Below are positions 29,951-39,990 of a stretch of DNA of 64,000 nucleotides, one piece after another; position 1 is the first letter of the stretch, and each line of letters begins with the position of its first letter. The stretch covers positions 256,001 to 320,000 of the forward strand of contig OZ219747.1 in the NCBI GenBank assembly GCA_964291265.2. The letters are read 5' to 3'. This DNA is from Alphaproteobacteria bacterium (GTDB lineage: Bacteria; Pseudomonadota; Alphaproteobacteria; SP197). The position numbers and the translations under genes were made by a program. Under the pieces are notes generated by a model, which saw nothing but the letters and a program-made list of their open reading frames with translations, did no database searches and was not told the DNA's origin.

Positions 29951-30216
29951 TGATTCCCTTCCAGCCATTCCCACACCGCTGGCCGGTTCCATCCGTTGAT
30001 CGTGCTGTAGGTAACCCGCGTCACAATCCCGGAGACCTTGCGTTCGCTGCTCATGCCAACGGTATCGATGACCTCCTCGGTGGTGACGCCGTCTTTCGCG
30101 GCGATGAAGGCAAGTCGGTTGGTCACGATGAAATGGCCGGGTTTCGGCCATTCGGCTTTCAGCCGATCCCATGCGCCCTTGTCGGGATCGTTCAGGAAGA
30201 CGGCATAGATGCTCAT
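29947..30216 (-). CDS. Hypothetical protein (89 aa)
   Basis: Globular-looking composition, ends AVWEWL; translationally coupled to the next ORF. Confidence 0.6.
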   Translation of the reverse strand: MSIYAVFLNDPDKGAWDRLKAEWPKPGHFIVTNRLAFIAAKDGVTTEEVIDTVGMSSERKVSGIVTRVTYSTINGWNRPAVWEWLEGNQ

Positions 30217-31135
30217 GAGCCGCCGCGCCTATGGGACAAGGGACGGGGGCCGCCGGTGCTCCGTCCTGTGAGTGTCATCGGGTATGCCGTCATCGTCTTT
30301 CTCCACCCCTGAAAGGGCATACTAGAAGCCCGATAGTCAGACTGTCTAGCTGTCAACAGGGGCGCAGCCGTCGACAGGGCGATGTCGGGGTCGCCGGTCG
30401 AGCGTCAGCGCACCGGGAACACGGAAACCCGGCATCGGGCCCATAGCACAGAGAAGGGCGGCCCGTAGACGACGGACTCCTGCCTCGGCAAGAGCCGCCG
30501 CCACACGCCCGGTCAGATCCTGCCTGGCGCCAAGGAGTATCGCGCCCCGTATGCGCTGACACACTTCACGAGTATCAGGGCCGAGATACCGGGCGGAAGA
30601 CCCAGAGGCGTCGATGGTTGGGGGTTGCCAGCAGGACCTGCCCCTTCTCGGTGCGCTTGCAGGGCATGCCGCCGGCCTCGGCGATCTCAAGGAGGCCTCC
30701 CGTCCAGGCGCGGTCAGCCAGGTCTGCAAGGAGTACATGCACCCAGGCAGTCTTTCGAGAGGCGTGGTCGTATCCGCGCCCTCCGCCTGCAGGCAAGTCG
30801 GCGTCCTGCCTGCATCCACCCGGGCCGGCTGACAATTCCCGCTGCGGCAAGGCCCGCCATGCCGCAGCGCCTTCGGAGTCCATCCATCGGATGTCGATGC
30901 GAACGACATGGCGCGTGAACGGACTGGAGATCCGCCAAGGATCAAGAGGTCCTGTCCACCGTCCTGGCGCGGGCCAGGAGAGAATGGCCCAGACACCGGC
31001 AGTGCACACCGGCAGTGCAGACGAGTCGCAACGCGAACTGCAGCAATCATGACCGCTCCGCTTCTTCAGAAGCAGCATCGGCTGGGCAACGGCACCGGGT
31101 ATCGGCGTGTCGTGACGAAACCTCTTCGTGTCCGA

Positions 31136-31810
31136 TCAGCGCAGCATGCGGGCGGCAGCGAGGAGAGTGTGCATGGCGCCGGTGGTCTGGCCGATGTCCT
31201 CGAGGACGCGAACGGTGTTCTCGAGATAGTCGATGCAGGGGCCGAGGTGGCCTTCGGCGAGGGCGATGTGGCGGGCCTGGACGGCGAGCGGGATGGCGTG
31301 GGCGTAGCGCCTGTAGGCGCGGTTGACGGCGAAGCTGGTGGCCGGCACGGTACGGTCCCCGAGATCGGCGCTCACCCAGATCGGACGGTAGGCGCCGGCG
31401 AACATCTCGCGGCGCCACAACAGCCGTGTCTCGCTGTCGATCCGGCAGGCACGGATGCGCAGTGCCATGCCCCTTGCCGAGCCGCCCTGCTCGAGACCGA
31501 GCGTCAGCCCCGGGAACTCCACCGTGCCCCTGCCGGTATGGGTCCACAGGTTGAAGCGGCGGTGCCAGCCCCTCACATGGGCCGGATGCCAGCCGGCGAC
31601 ATCGAAGGCGGGATTCCACATCAGGGAGCCGAAACCGAAGACGTAGAGGTCTTCCGAGCGGGGATGGTCCGCAAGGTGGTCCCGCCGGTTACGCTCCCGC
31701 TCGTCTTCGGGCGTCGGCGTGACGAGGCCCCGGTCGACCGCTTCCTGAATGGGCGGCGAGAAACGTTCATCCATGAGAACTTCGCGGGTGATGGCGAAGC
31801 GGTCGGTCAT
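31136..31810 (-). CDS. ChaC-like gamma-glutamylcyclotransferase
   Basis: YVFGFGSLMWNP, GWHRRF, GRGTVEFPGLTLGL, LWRREM. Confidence 0.88.
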   Translation of the reverse strand: MTDRFAITREVLMDERFSPPIQEAVDRGLVTPTPEDERERNRRDHLADHPRSEDLYVFGFGSLMWNPAFDVAGWHPAHVRGWHRRFNLWTHTGRGTVEFPGLTLGLEQGGSARGMALRIRACRIDSETRLLWRREMFAGAYRPIWVSADLGDRTVPATSFAVNRAYRRYAHAIPLAVQARHIALAEGHLGPCIDYLENTVRVLEDIGQTTGAMHTLLAAARMLR

Positions 31811-33285
31811 GGGTCCAGAGGGTACATGGGCCGGCGGACGTGACGGTAGGTGAAACGGTCGAGGTCCGGGGTCGCGAGGCCGCCCGAGTCGCAGACGATC
31901 ACCTTCTCCGCCAGGTGTTCATAGGCGGCCCGGAAATGCTGCATGGATTTCAGGGCAACCGTCTTCTTCGTGCGGGGATCGATGCCGTGGGCGAGGAACT
32001 GCTGGAGGTCGATGATCTGCATGAGATTGGAGACCACCAGAACGTCGATGCCGCCGGTGCGGAACACCGCCGTCGGCCCGAAACTCTTCTTCATGCCGGC
32101 AAACATCGGTCCGTCAAGAACCGTAACTCCATCGCTCGTCTGAATCACTTCGCCGGCAAGATGGAGAGGGGGACCGCCGAACGTCGGATCGGTCTTGCCG
32201 CCCACGGAGAGGGTGACATGGGCACCGGCACCGGCCGCAATGAGTGTCGCCGCTGCTTCGGGATCGAAGAGGGCGCCGAAACAGGCATCCTCGAGCCCGG
32301 CATCGAGCATGGCCTTGAGCAGATTCGTCGCATCGCCATAGGCTCCCGCCCCCGGATTGTCGGCATAGTCGGCAATGACAAGCGGCTTGCCGGCATGCCT
32401 GAAACGCCGTGCCATGGCGGCGGCTTCGGTCACGTCGAGGTAGCAGTTGTTGACGACGTTCCGGGCCTCCCAGATGTCCGCCATGAGATCGTCCGCCATC
32501 TCCTTGAACGCCGGGTTATCCCCGTCACCCGTCACCGTCACGCTGGGCCCTACGTCATGAATGTCGGACTGGCTGAAACCGGCATTGATCGAGATGTCGA
32601 GAACCCCGGGATGGCTTGCCATGAAACGCGCGGCCTTGTCCTGAAGCGAGATCATCGGTTCGACATCGGTGCGCCCGCCGTCGGCGCCCTGGATCATGGA
32701 TCGACGGCTGAAGGCGACGCGTGGCGCGATGTCACCGGCCATTGCCCGGTGCAGGAGGTCCCCTGCCCACCTTGCCCTGGCCCTCATGTCGATGTGGGGG
32801 TAGGTCAGATAGCTGCAGAGGATGTTGACCCGCTCGGCGAATGCGGGGGCTACATTGGCGTGGAGATCAAGAGTGCAACAGATGGGGGCGTCGGTCATCT
32901 CGCGAATCCGTCGAAGAAGTTCCGTTTCCGCATCCTCGTATGCATCGGTCACCATCGCGCCATGAAGGGCAAGGGCAACGCCGTCGAAGGGACGTGCCTG
33001 ACGAAGGCCCTCGATGATGAGTCCAGCGACATGTTCGAAGGCCTCGGACGTGACCCTTCCCAGGGGATTTGCCATGGCGGCGACCGTGAGGACGAGGTTC
33101 CAGCCGTGCTCCCGGGCCGCATCCATGTAGCCTGCGGTCTCGGTATTGGTGTTCTCCAGGCGGGGGATGATCTCGTCGGGGCCGTGGGCGAGCACCAGGC
33201 GCTCGAAGGCGGCGAGATCGGTGCCAAGGCGCGCAAACGTGTTGGTCTCGTGCATGAACTGCGCCGTCACCACGCGGAACGTCAT
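31807..33285 (-). CDS. M81 family (MlrC-like) metallopeptidase
   Basis: HETNTF, LHGAMV, LDLHAN, TYPHID, DNPGAG, LKSMQHFRA. Confidence 0.92.
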   Translation of the reverse strand: MTFRVVTAQFMHETNTFARLGTDLAAFERLVLAHGPDEIIPRLENTNTETAGYMDAAREHGWNLVLTVAAMANPLGRVTSEAFEHVAGLIIEGLRQARPFDGVALALHGAMVTDAYEDAETELLRRIREMTDAPICCTLDLHANVAPAFAERVNILCSYLTYPHIDMRARARWAGDLLHRAMAGDIAPRVAFSRRSMIQGADGGRTDVEPMISLQDKAARFMASHPGVLDISINAGFSQSDIHDVGPSVTVTGDGDNPAFKEMADDLMADIWEARNVVNNCYLDVTEAAAMARRFRHAGKPLVIADYADNPGAGAYGDATNLLKAMLDAGLEDACFGALFDPEAAATLIAAGAGAHVTLSVGGKTDPTFGGPPLHLAGEVIQTSDGVTVLDGPMFAGMKKSFGPTAVFRTGGIDVLVVSNLMQIIDLQQFLAHGIDPRTKKTVALKSMQHFRAAYEHLAEKVIVCDSGGLATPDLDRFTYRHVRRPMYPLDP

Positions 33286-34244
33286 GGTCGCTCCTCCCGG
33301 TGTGTGCCGATGCCGGACCGCTCTTCCGGCACGGGCGATGCAAGGCTTGCCCAGTACTGGCGCGCAAAGGCGAGATAGCCCGGAATGACATGGCCGTGGC
33401 GCGGGGCGATGCGGTCGAATACCCTGTGGAGGGCGTGGAAGGGAACGGACGGGAAGACGTGATGCTCGGTGTGATAGGGCATTTGCCAGGCGAGCCAGCG
33501 CATGGCGGCGTTGGTCCTCATGGTGCGCGTGTTCTCGAGCATGTTGGCGTCGAAGGGAAGAAGCGTGTGTTCGGCCATGAGATAGAGTCTGAGTGACCAG
33601 GCCGAGAGTGCAAGGGGAATGATCCAGTAGAGAAGCGGCGCCGGATCGGCCGCCCAGGCGGCTGCGGCAAGGATCGCGGCATAGCCGGCAAGATAGAGAC
33701 GCGCCTGGACGATGCAGGCTCGGCGCGCCGCATCATCGGGCACGAAGCGGTCCGTCACCCGGCCGCAGGCATGGCGCACAAGGGTCTTGCAAAAGCTCCA
33801 CCAGAAGGACTCGAGGCCGGAAAGATAGAAGAGGAATGAAAGCTGCGTTGCCGGCTTCGGCGTGTCGAGTTCGGGATCGGCGCTCTCGATGTGCGTGAAG
33901 CGATGATGTTCGAAGTGAAAGTACCGGAACCAGATCGAGGGCAGGAAGATGACGAACCCGGTGAGCCAGGCCACCGCATCGTTGAGCCATGGCGAGCGAA
34001 AGGCCGTGCGGTGAATCGTCTCGTGGAGAGGACAGAAGAGAAAGGTGAGCAGAACGCCGAGAACGAGTTCGGCCGGTACCAGGAGCCACCACGTTCCGAC
34101 CACCAGCCAGACAGCGACAGCGGCGACGGCAATCGCGCCGACGTGGGAAGCAAGCTGGGTCAGTCCCTTGAGATCCGAACGCGTGGAAAGCGCACGGATC
34201 TCGCGGAAGGAACAGATGTCCCTGACGGCGACAAATCCCTCCAT
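33282..34244 (-). CDS. Membrane fatty-acid desaturase / hydrocarbon oxygenase family protein (MocD-like)
   Basis: His boxes HETIH, HFEHH, HTEHH plus TM helices. Confidence 0.85.
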   Translation of the reverse strand: MEGFVAVRDICSFREIRALSTRSDLKGLTQLASHVGAIAVAAVAVWLVVGTWWLLVPAELVLGVLLTFLFCPLHETIHRTAFRSPWLNDAVAWLTGFVIFLPSIWFRYFHFEHHRFTHIESADPELDTPKPATQLSFLFYLSGLESFWWSFCKTLVRHACGRVTDRFVPDDAARRACIVQARLYLAGYAAILAAAAWAADPAPLLYWIIPLALSAWSLRLYLMAEHTLLPFDANMLENTRTMRTNAAMRWLAWQMPYHTEHHVFPSVPFHALHRVFDRIAPRHGHVIPGYLAFARQYWASLASPVPEERSGIGTHREERP

Positions 34245-35056
34245 CAGGCAGCGCGTCCGTAGAAGCCGCGGCGTTCTTCGGCGCTGAACACGACGCCAGG
34301 ACGATCGAAGTAGGAGAAGACGGCAATCAGGCGGTCGATCTCGCCAACGACCGGTGTCACGCGATGAGCCGTGTTCCGCCCCCTGAAGACCGTCAGCGTC
34401 CCTGCCTGCTGGACGAATGTGCGCATGGCCGAGTCCCTGCCTTCCAGAAGGCCAACCACACCGTCGAGGTCATCCTGGGCAAGGTCCGGCCGGTACGCAA
34501 GATGGCCGCCATCCTGCGACGCCTGAATGAGGAGCGTGGTGGTGAACTCGGAGCGGTCGAAATGCCATCCCAGCCCTTCGCCCTCCCGGTAGCCCATGAC
34601 ATTGACCCGGGCGAGCGGGTCTTCCATGAGATGAAGGCGGGATTTCTTCATGATCCGGGCCAGAAAGTCCCGGAGCGGCGGCCACTCGTACAGGGCATGG
34701 ACGAAACTCCATGTGATCTGGTCGTCGCACACCGTTCGGCTGGAGGTCTCCTGGAGCGCCAGCGCCGGGTGGTCCGCGGCCATGCCCGGGGGCGTGTCGG
34801 TGAAGTAGATGTTGTGGCGCCGGGAATGAAAGAAGGACTGCTCGCGCACGACAGGCAGGAGTTCTTCCGCTGCCCTGGCGATCGTCGCGGTCCTGACGAA
34901 TCCCGGCAGACTGCAGAGACCCAGCATCGCCAGTTCTTCGCGGCACCTGTCGATCAGGGGTTCGCAGTGCCGGGGTTGATCGACGGGATAGCGTTCGAGG
35001 TCGAGGTGCTCATGGACAGCACAGGCAGCCTGAACGTCATGGGTCCGGTTCGGCAT
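34244..35056 (-). CDS. Fe(II)/2-oxoglutarate-dependent oxygenase (HalD/BesD-like family)
   Basis: GWHFD (HxD), FRGRNTAHRVTPV, RLIAVFSY. Confidence 0.8.
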   Translation of the reverse strand: MPNRTHDVQAACAVHEHLDLERYPVDQPRHCEPLIDRCREELAMLGLCSLPGFVRTATIARAAEELLPVVREQSFFHSRRHNIYFTDTPPGMAADHPALALQETSSRTVCDDQITWSFVHALYEWPPLRDFLARIMKKSRLHLMEDPLARVNVMGYREGEGLGWHFDRSEFTTTLLIQASQDGGHLAYRPDLAQDDLDGVVGLLEGRDSAMRTFVQQAGTLTVFRGRNTAHRVTPVVGEIDRLIAVFSYFDRPGVVFSAEERRGFYGRAA

Positions 35057-35182
35057 TCTGTCATCCCGTGTCTATCGAGGATGGGAGGCTCCGGCGCCTG
35101 GCATACGGAACGCGTTGCATGCGGAACTGGTCAGGCACATCATGGACGCATTGTAGACGCAACAGGCAACGAAGCGGGAGAG

Positions 35183-36010
35183 ATGGCTGGAAGAGGCGGG
35201 AGTCTCGGCTCCGAGAACATACTTCTACCGAAAGACGTTGCCCACAAGGCCGAGGATGTAGGCCTCATGAAGGCGCGTATGGCGCCTGCCCGTCTCGTTG
35301 TCCTTGCCATCATGGGGGGTGCTTTCATCGGCCTCGGCGCCATGGCGGCCACCACCATATGGACCGGACTCGACCACGTTCCGTTCGGCCTCATGCGCAT
35401 GGCCGGCGGGCTCGGTTTCACACTGGGGCTGATTCTGGTTGTCCTGGGAGGCGTCGAGCTCTTCACCGGCAATGTTCTCATGATCATGTCGATAGCAAGC
35501 GGGCGCATGAGGCTGCGGACCCTGATGCGCGCGTGGAGCCTCGTTCTTGTCGGGAACACCATCGGAGCCGTGGCCATTGCCGTGCTGGTGTTCCTCGCCG
35601 GACACCATGATCTCGACAACGGCGAAGCCGGCCGTGTCGCCGTGCGCATCGCCGCCGCCAAGACCGAACTTCCTTTCATGCAGGCCTTCTTCCTCGGTGT
35701 GCTGTGCAATGCCCTGGTGTGCCTGGCGGTCTATCTCTGTTACGGCGCCGCGTCGACGACGGACAAGATTCTTGCCATTCTGCTTCCCGTTGCAACCTTC
35801 GTTGCCGCCGGTTTCGAGCATTCCATCGCCAACATCTATTTCTTCACGCTGGGACTGCTGGTCGACGGTCTCGACACGGCCACGGCAAGCGTCAGCGTCG
35901 CGGGGGCCGTCAGCAATCTCGTGCCGGTGATTCTCGGGAACATCGTCGGGGGTGGTGTCCTGGTCGGCCTCGTCTACTGGTTCGTCTACGTCTACAGTGT
36001 GCGCAAGTGA
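35183..36010 (+). CDS. Formate/nitrite transporter family protein
   Basis: ELFTGN, GVLCNALVCLA, GFEHSIAN, LGNIVGG. Confidence 0.92.
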   Translation: MAGRGGSLGSENILLPKDVAHKAEDVGLMKARMAPARLVVLAIMGGAFIGLGAMAATTIWTGLDHVPFGLMRMAGGLGFTLGLILVVLGGVELFTGNVLMIMSIASGRMRLRTLMRAWSLVLVGNTIGAVAIAVLVFLAGHHDLDNGEAGRVAVRIAAAKTELPFMQAFFLGVLCNALVCLAVYLCYGAASTTDKILAILLPVATFVAAGFEHSIANIYFFTLGLLVDGLDTATASVSVAGAVSNLVPVILGNIVGGGVLVGLVYWFVYVYSVRK

Positions 36011-36486
36011 CGGCGCGTCCCTCACGACCTCAGGACGCAGGTTCCGGGGATCGCAGGCTGCCTCGTCCGGAACGTGCGCGGGTAGCGGCGTGCCGAGAGG
36101 ATCATGATCTCGAGCGGTGTGTCCGGGCGGCTGCCACCCGGGCAAGGCCCGGAATTCTCCCCGGCCGGTTCCCGCGGGCGATGGAATCGACGGCGCTCAC
36201 CGACTCCCTTCCATGAGGACCGCTTCGCCGGCGTGGCCGTCACCATCCTTCACCTCGAACCGGCGCCCTGATTCCTCCGGGAGATCCGCGAATCAGCCTG
36301 AGGGCGCGAAAGCCGGCGTTTTCGAAGGTAGAAATGAGGTCATGAATGACATAAGGGAAGACAACGGATGTTTGGCGCACACAATGCAACGGGACGATAT
36401 CATGAGGACAGATTGGCTTTGCTGACCTTGGCGTCGGGAAGTATTGATCGCCGGGAGAACCGTCGAGCTGCTGGTTCGACGGTGCC

Positions 36487-37659
36487 ATGGAGCCGATGAC
36501 ACGTCCGCTCTTCGCATTGTACGTGATGTGGCACCCCTCCTATCCGGGAGGCCGCGAGATCGCAGATCGGCTTCGTACGCACTTTGGCCGCGACCAGCGC
36601 TCTGCCATCGGCAAGTGGCGTGGCATCAGCGTTCTCGAACGCAGCGCGCCCGTTCCGGGGGCGCGTACGCCCTTGCCGATCGACTGGGACGATGCGGATT
36701 TTACCGCCGTCGTCGTGCTGACGGAAGCGACGCTTGTTGATGACCACGCTTGGGTCGACTACGTGAGCGACACTGCACGGGTCGCGCACGAGAGGGGGCT
36801 TCCCGCCGGGTTCTTCCCGTTGACGATGGAGCGTCGGGGACTCACATTGAGATTCGAACAGCAGGCGCTGCGTTGGGACCGCTGGGACGCGTCTGCTGAG
36901 GATAGGCTTCAGCGCTTCACGTCGGACCTCACCCACGAGTTCTGCCGCATGCTGCGTCATCGCATCGACCTACTCCGCGGCGGTGGCAAGGAAGCAGCGC
37001 TCGCACGTTATCTGGAGAAAATCAGTGTCTTCATCAGCCATTCGAAACATGATGAGGACGGCGAATCGGTAGGCCGCGGTATCCGTGACTGGATCCATGC
37101 GCACAGTCCGCTCGACAGCTTCTTCGATGTCCACGACATCCCACCTGGAATGTCGTTCGAGGGAGTATTGTTGCACCAGATCGGCGGAGGAGCTGTCGTA
37201 GCGGTGCATACCGACTCGTACTCGTCGCGTGAGTGGTGCCGACGCGAAGTAATCGAAGCGAAGCGACGCTTGGTGCCGATGGTCGTTGTCGATTGCGTGC
37301 GGGATACCGATCCGCGTGGAATGGCCTACCTCGGCAATGCGCCGGTCGTTCGCATGGATCCCGACCGGAGGGACAGAGTCGCCGCTGTCATCGGCTGCCT
37401 CTTGGATGAGGTATTCCACACATGGCTGTGGCTCTGTCGGGTGGGCGCTCGTCTGACGGAATCACCGGGAGTCGTATTCACGGCGCGCCCACCCGAACTG
37501 ATCGCCCTGGCGGCGTCGTTTCCTCATGATGGAGAATCGACTTCAACAATTGTGTATCCTGAACCGCTGTTGGGTGCCGATGAAGAACGGTTGTTCAAGA
37601 AAGTCGCGCCGTCAGTCCGCCTGCAAACGTTGACGGACTGGCTGGAGGAACGCCCATGA
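36487..37659 (+). CDS. TIR-domain protein with N- and C-terminal extensions
   Basis: VFISHSKHD, FFDVHDIPPG, SYSSREWCRREV (catalytic-position Glu present). Confidence 0.85.
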   Translation: MEPMTRPLFALYVMWHPSYPGGREIADRLRTHFGRDQRSAIGKWRGISVLERSAPVPGARTPLPIDWDDADFTAVVVLTEATLVDDHAWVDYVSDTARVAHERGLPAGFFPLTMERRGLTLRFEQQALRWDRWDASAEDRLQRFTSDLTHEFCRMLRHRIDLLRGGGKEAALARYLEKISVFISHSKHDEDGESVGRGIRDWIHAHSPLDSFFDVHDIPPGMSFEGVLLHQIGGGAVVAVHTDSYSSREWCRREVIEAKRRLVPMVVVDCVRDTDPRGMAYLGNAPVVRMDPDRRDRVAAVIGCLLDEVFHTWLWLCRVGARLTESPGVVFTARPPELIALAASFPHDGESTSTIVYPEPLLGADEERLFKKVAPSVRLQTLTDWLEERP

Positions 37660-38468
37660 CCTTACCCGATACCGGGATATTGACCGCCGTCGGTGTCTCT
37701 GTTTCGGAGAGCCCGGATTTATGGGCACTGGGGCTGAGCGACGGGCATCTACGTGACGCGATGGCCGAGATCGCCCTTCTGGTGCTCGCGTCGGGAAAGA
37801 GTCTGGCCTATGGTGGGGATCTGCGCCCACACGGATTCACGGAGCTTCTGGCCGAACTTGTGGGAAGGTATCGGAACCATCCTCGGCATGACGGCACCAT
37901 CGTCGTCACCGACTATCTGGCTTGGCCCGTGCATATCCGGATGACATCGGATGAGATCGTCGCATTCTCCACCGAACACGAGCTTAGCGCCCGCCTCATT
38001 TTCCTTGCGCTGAATGGTGCGCGCCTCGCGCAAGAACAACGAATGATGCTGTGCGCGCATGAGCCGGACGAAGAGGAATGGACGGAAGGATTGACCGCGA
38101 TGCGAACCGTCATGCGCGGAGACATTGGGGCGCGGATCGTTCTCGGCGGCAGGGTCGAGGACTACAAGGGGGTCATGCCCGGAATCGCCGAGGAGGCATA
38201 TCTCTCTCTGGAAGCAGGTCAGCCCGTGTTCCTCGTAGGAGGATTCGGCGGCTGTACGCGCGATATCGCGGAGACGGTCGGACTCGCCGAGCGCTGGGCC
38301 GGTTCGCGCGACGGATGGACCGGTCGGGAGCGCTTCCACAACTATTCGCCGGATGACCTGCATAACGGTCTTTCCCGCGACGAGAACGTCATCTTGGCCC
38401 GCACGCCGCATATACAGGAGGCTGCGACCCTCGTCTTGCGGGGGTTGCGACAAGTCCTCGATCATTGA
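37656..38468 (+). CDS. SLOG-superfamily nucleotide-binding protein (TIR-associated type)
   Basis: LAYGGDLR, ARIVLGG, MPGIAEEA, PVFLVGGFGG; ATGA-coupled to the TIR gene. Confidence 0.75.
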   Translation: MTLPDTGILTAVGVSVSESPDLWALGLSDGHLRDAMAEIALLVLASGKSLAYGGDLRPHGFTELLAELVGRYRNHPRHDGTIVVTDYLAWPVHIRMTSDEIVAFSTEHELSARLIFLALNGARLAQEQRMMLCAHEPDEEEWTEGLTAMRTVMRGDIGARIVLGGRVEDYKGVMPGIAEEAYLSLEAGQPVFLVGGFGGCTRDIAETVGLAERWAGSRDGWTGRERFHNYSPDDLHNGLSRDENVILARTPHIQEAATLVLRGLRQVLDH

Positions 38469-38472
38469 GGTC

Positions 38473-39078
38473 ATGATGCACAAGGTATTCGTTAGCTACC
38501 ATCACGGTAACGACCAAGAGTATAAGGAAGCGCTGGTCAAATGTGGTGAGAAGAACTCGATATTTGTGGATCGATCCGTTGACACCGGTGACATTCCTGA
38601 CGACTGGACCGACGAGCAGATCCGTCGCGCTATCAGAGACCAATATCTGAGAGACTCAACAGTGACTATTGTGTTGGTCGGCAGAGAGACCAAACGCCGA
38701 AAGCATGTCGATTGGGAAATTTACTCAAGTATGTACGATGGCCCGGTGAACAAGAAATCGGGGCTGATCGTCATCAACCTGCCGGGAGTCTCTGATGATG
38801 AATGCATTGCACCTCATGGAGATGAAGAGAAAAAATTGTTGTACCCAGAAATTACGTCATGGACACATGTCAAGGAACGGGCGGAGTACGAACGTCGGTA
38901 TCCCTGCATGCCTAATCGAATCATCGACAACTTGATGAAAGCGAACGTCAAAATATCCGTCGCCCCCTGGAAGAAAATTAATCCGGATACGCTCTGGTTT
39001 TTGATTGAGGCTGCCTTTCGTAATCGCGATCATTGCGTATACGATTTACATACGCCCATGAGGCGAGCAAATTCGTGA
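38473..39078 (+). CDS. ThsB-like TIR protein (DUF1863/MTH538)
   Basis: HKVFVSYHH, DSTVTIVLVG, KHVDWEIYSSM; visibly lower GC than flanking DNA. Confidence 0.88.
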   Translation: MMHKVFVSYHHGNDQEYKEALVKCGEKNSIFVDRSVDTGDIPDDWTDEQIRRAIRDQYLRDSTVTIVLVGRETKRRKHVDWEIYSSMYDGPVNKKSGLIVINLPGVSDDECIAPHGDEEKKLLYPEITSWTHVKERAEYERRYPCMPNRIIDNLMKANVKISVAPWKKINPDTLWFLIEAAFRNRDHCVYDLHTPMRRANS

Positions 39079-39151
39079 GTCGTTGCTATCGGTCCGATCG
39101 CATATGCAGGGAGGGCCTGTCCTCTCAAGGACTTTGCAGCGTAGCGCGCCG

Positions 39152-39271
39152 ATGTCCGACACCCGTCTGATTGAGCGCTGGACTCCGATTGCGGCGCTTG
39201 GGATCGAGAATGTGCGGGTGTTAACTGGTGGAATGTTGCCGGGTACAAATCCTTGCAGGAAGAGAGGCTAA
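39152..39271 (+). pseudogene. N-terminal remnant of a second DUF1156 methylase
   Basis: MSDTRLIERWTPIAALGIENVR parallels DTRLIEVDFPLERVSLDSV of the gene at 195-3404, then diverges. Confidence 0.55.
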
Positions 39272-39593
39272 CCACAACTTTCTCCATGAACCATGCGTCG
39301 GGCGTCGTGAGGCCGGCGAGGCGCGAACGCTGGGCTACCTCGTCAGGGATACGGCCTCGCTCGACCGTCGGTTCGATCAGGTCGAGCAAGCGCTCAAACG
39401 CTCCCGGCGCACCTTCTGGCTCAACGGCGTGGCCCTTTTCTTTCTCGTCGGCTGCGCGTTCTTTTTCGGCCTCATGACCGACTTCGTGGTGCGGTATCTT
39501 GAGGTTCCAGCGGTCACGGCCATGCTGCCGGAGACGGAGTTGCCGCCCTTGCCGCCGCCGAACCTGTCGCTGGAGATCGTGACGCCGGAGTGA
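39228..39593 (+). CDS. Hypothetical membrane protein, probably 5'-truncated, upstream of the relaxase
   Basis: One TM helix and a Pro-rich tail; start uncertain. Confidence 0.35.
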   Translation: MECCRVQILAGREANHNFLHEPCVGRREAGEARTLGYLVRDTASLDRRFDQVEQALKRSRRTFWLNGVALFFLVGCAFFFGLMTDFVVRYLEVPAVTAMLPETELPPLPPPNLSLEIVTPE

Positions 39594-39599
39594 CGCTCC

Positions 39600-39922
39600 A
39601 TGGTGGCGACGGTGCACGAGCTTGCGTCATCGGCGACCGCGGTCTCTTACCACGAGCAGGACGGGTACTACGCCCGCAACGATCCCGAGCACCGCAAGGC
39701 GAGCTTCTGGCATGGCCGTGCGGCGGGCGACCTTGGGCTGAGGGGCCACGTTGTGCCGTCGCGCTTCGAGTCGGTGCTGCAGGGCAAGGTGCCGAAGACG
39801 GACATCCGTCTGGGGAAGGTCGTCGAGGGAGAGCGCCGGCACCGTCCGGGCCAAGACATCACGTTCTCGGCGCCGAAGTCGGTATCGCTGGAAGCGCTGG
39901 TGATGGGGGGCGGCATGGTGGT
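39600..39922 (+). pseudogene. MobF (TrwC-type) relaxase, 5' fragment
   Basis: SYHEQDGYY, FWHGRAAGDLGL, DITFSAPKSVSL; interrupted at GTGGT. Confidence 0.9.
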
Positions 39923-39990
39923 TGTTGATGGCTGCATAGAACGGCGGGATTTCGGCGATTTGCCGCGCTTTGTCAGGGTCGTGTTTCTTC

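Noticed and set aside
30300-31130. ~800 bp of unassigned DNA with several ORFs
   Set aside because: No motif, repeat or convincing RNA structure seen; probably decayed sequence.
34244-35056. Possible amino-acid halogenase
   Set aside because: The iron-binding motif is HFD, not HxG/HxA, which indicates a hydroxylase.
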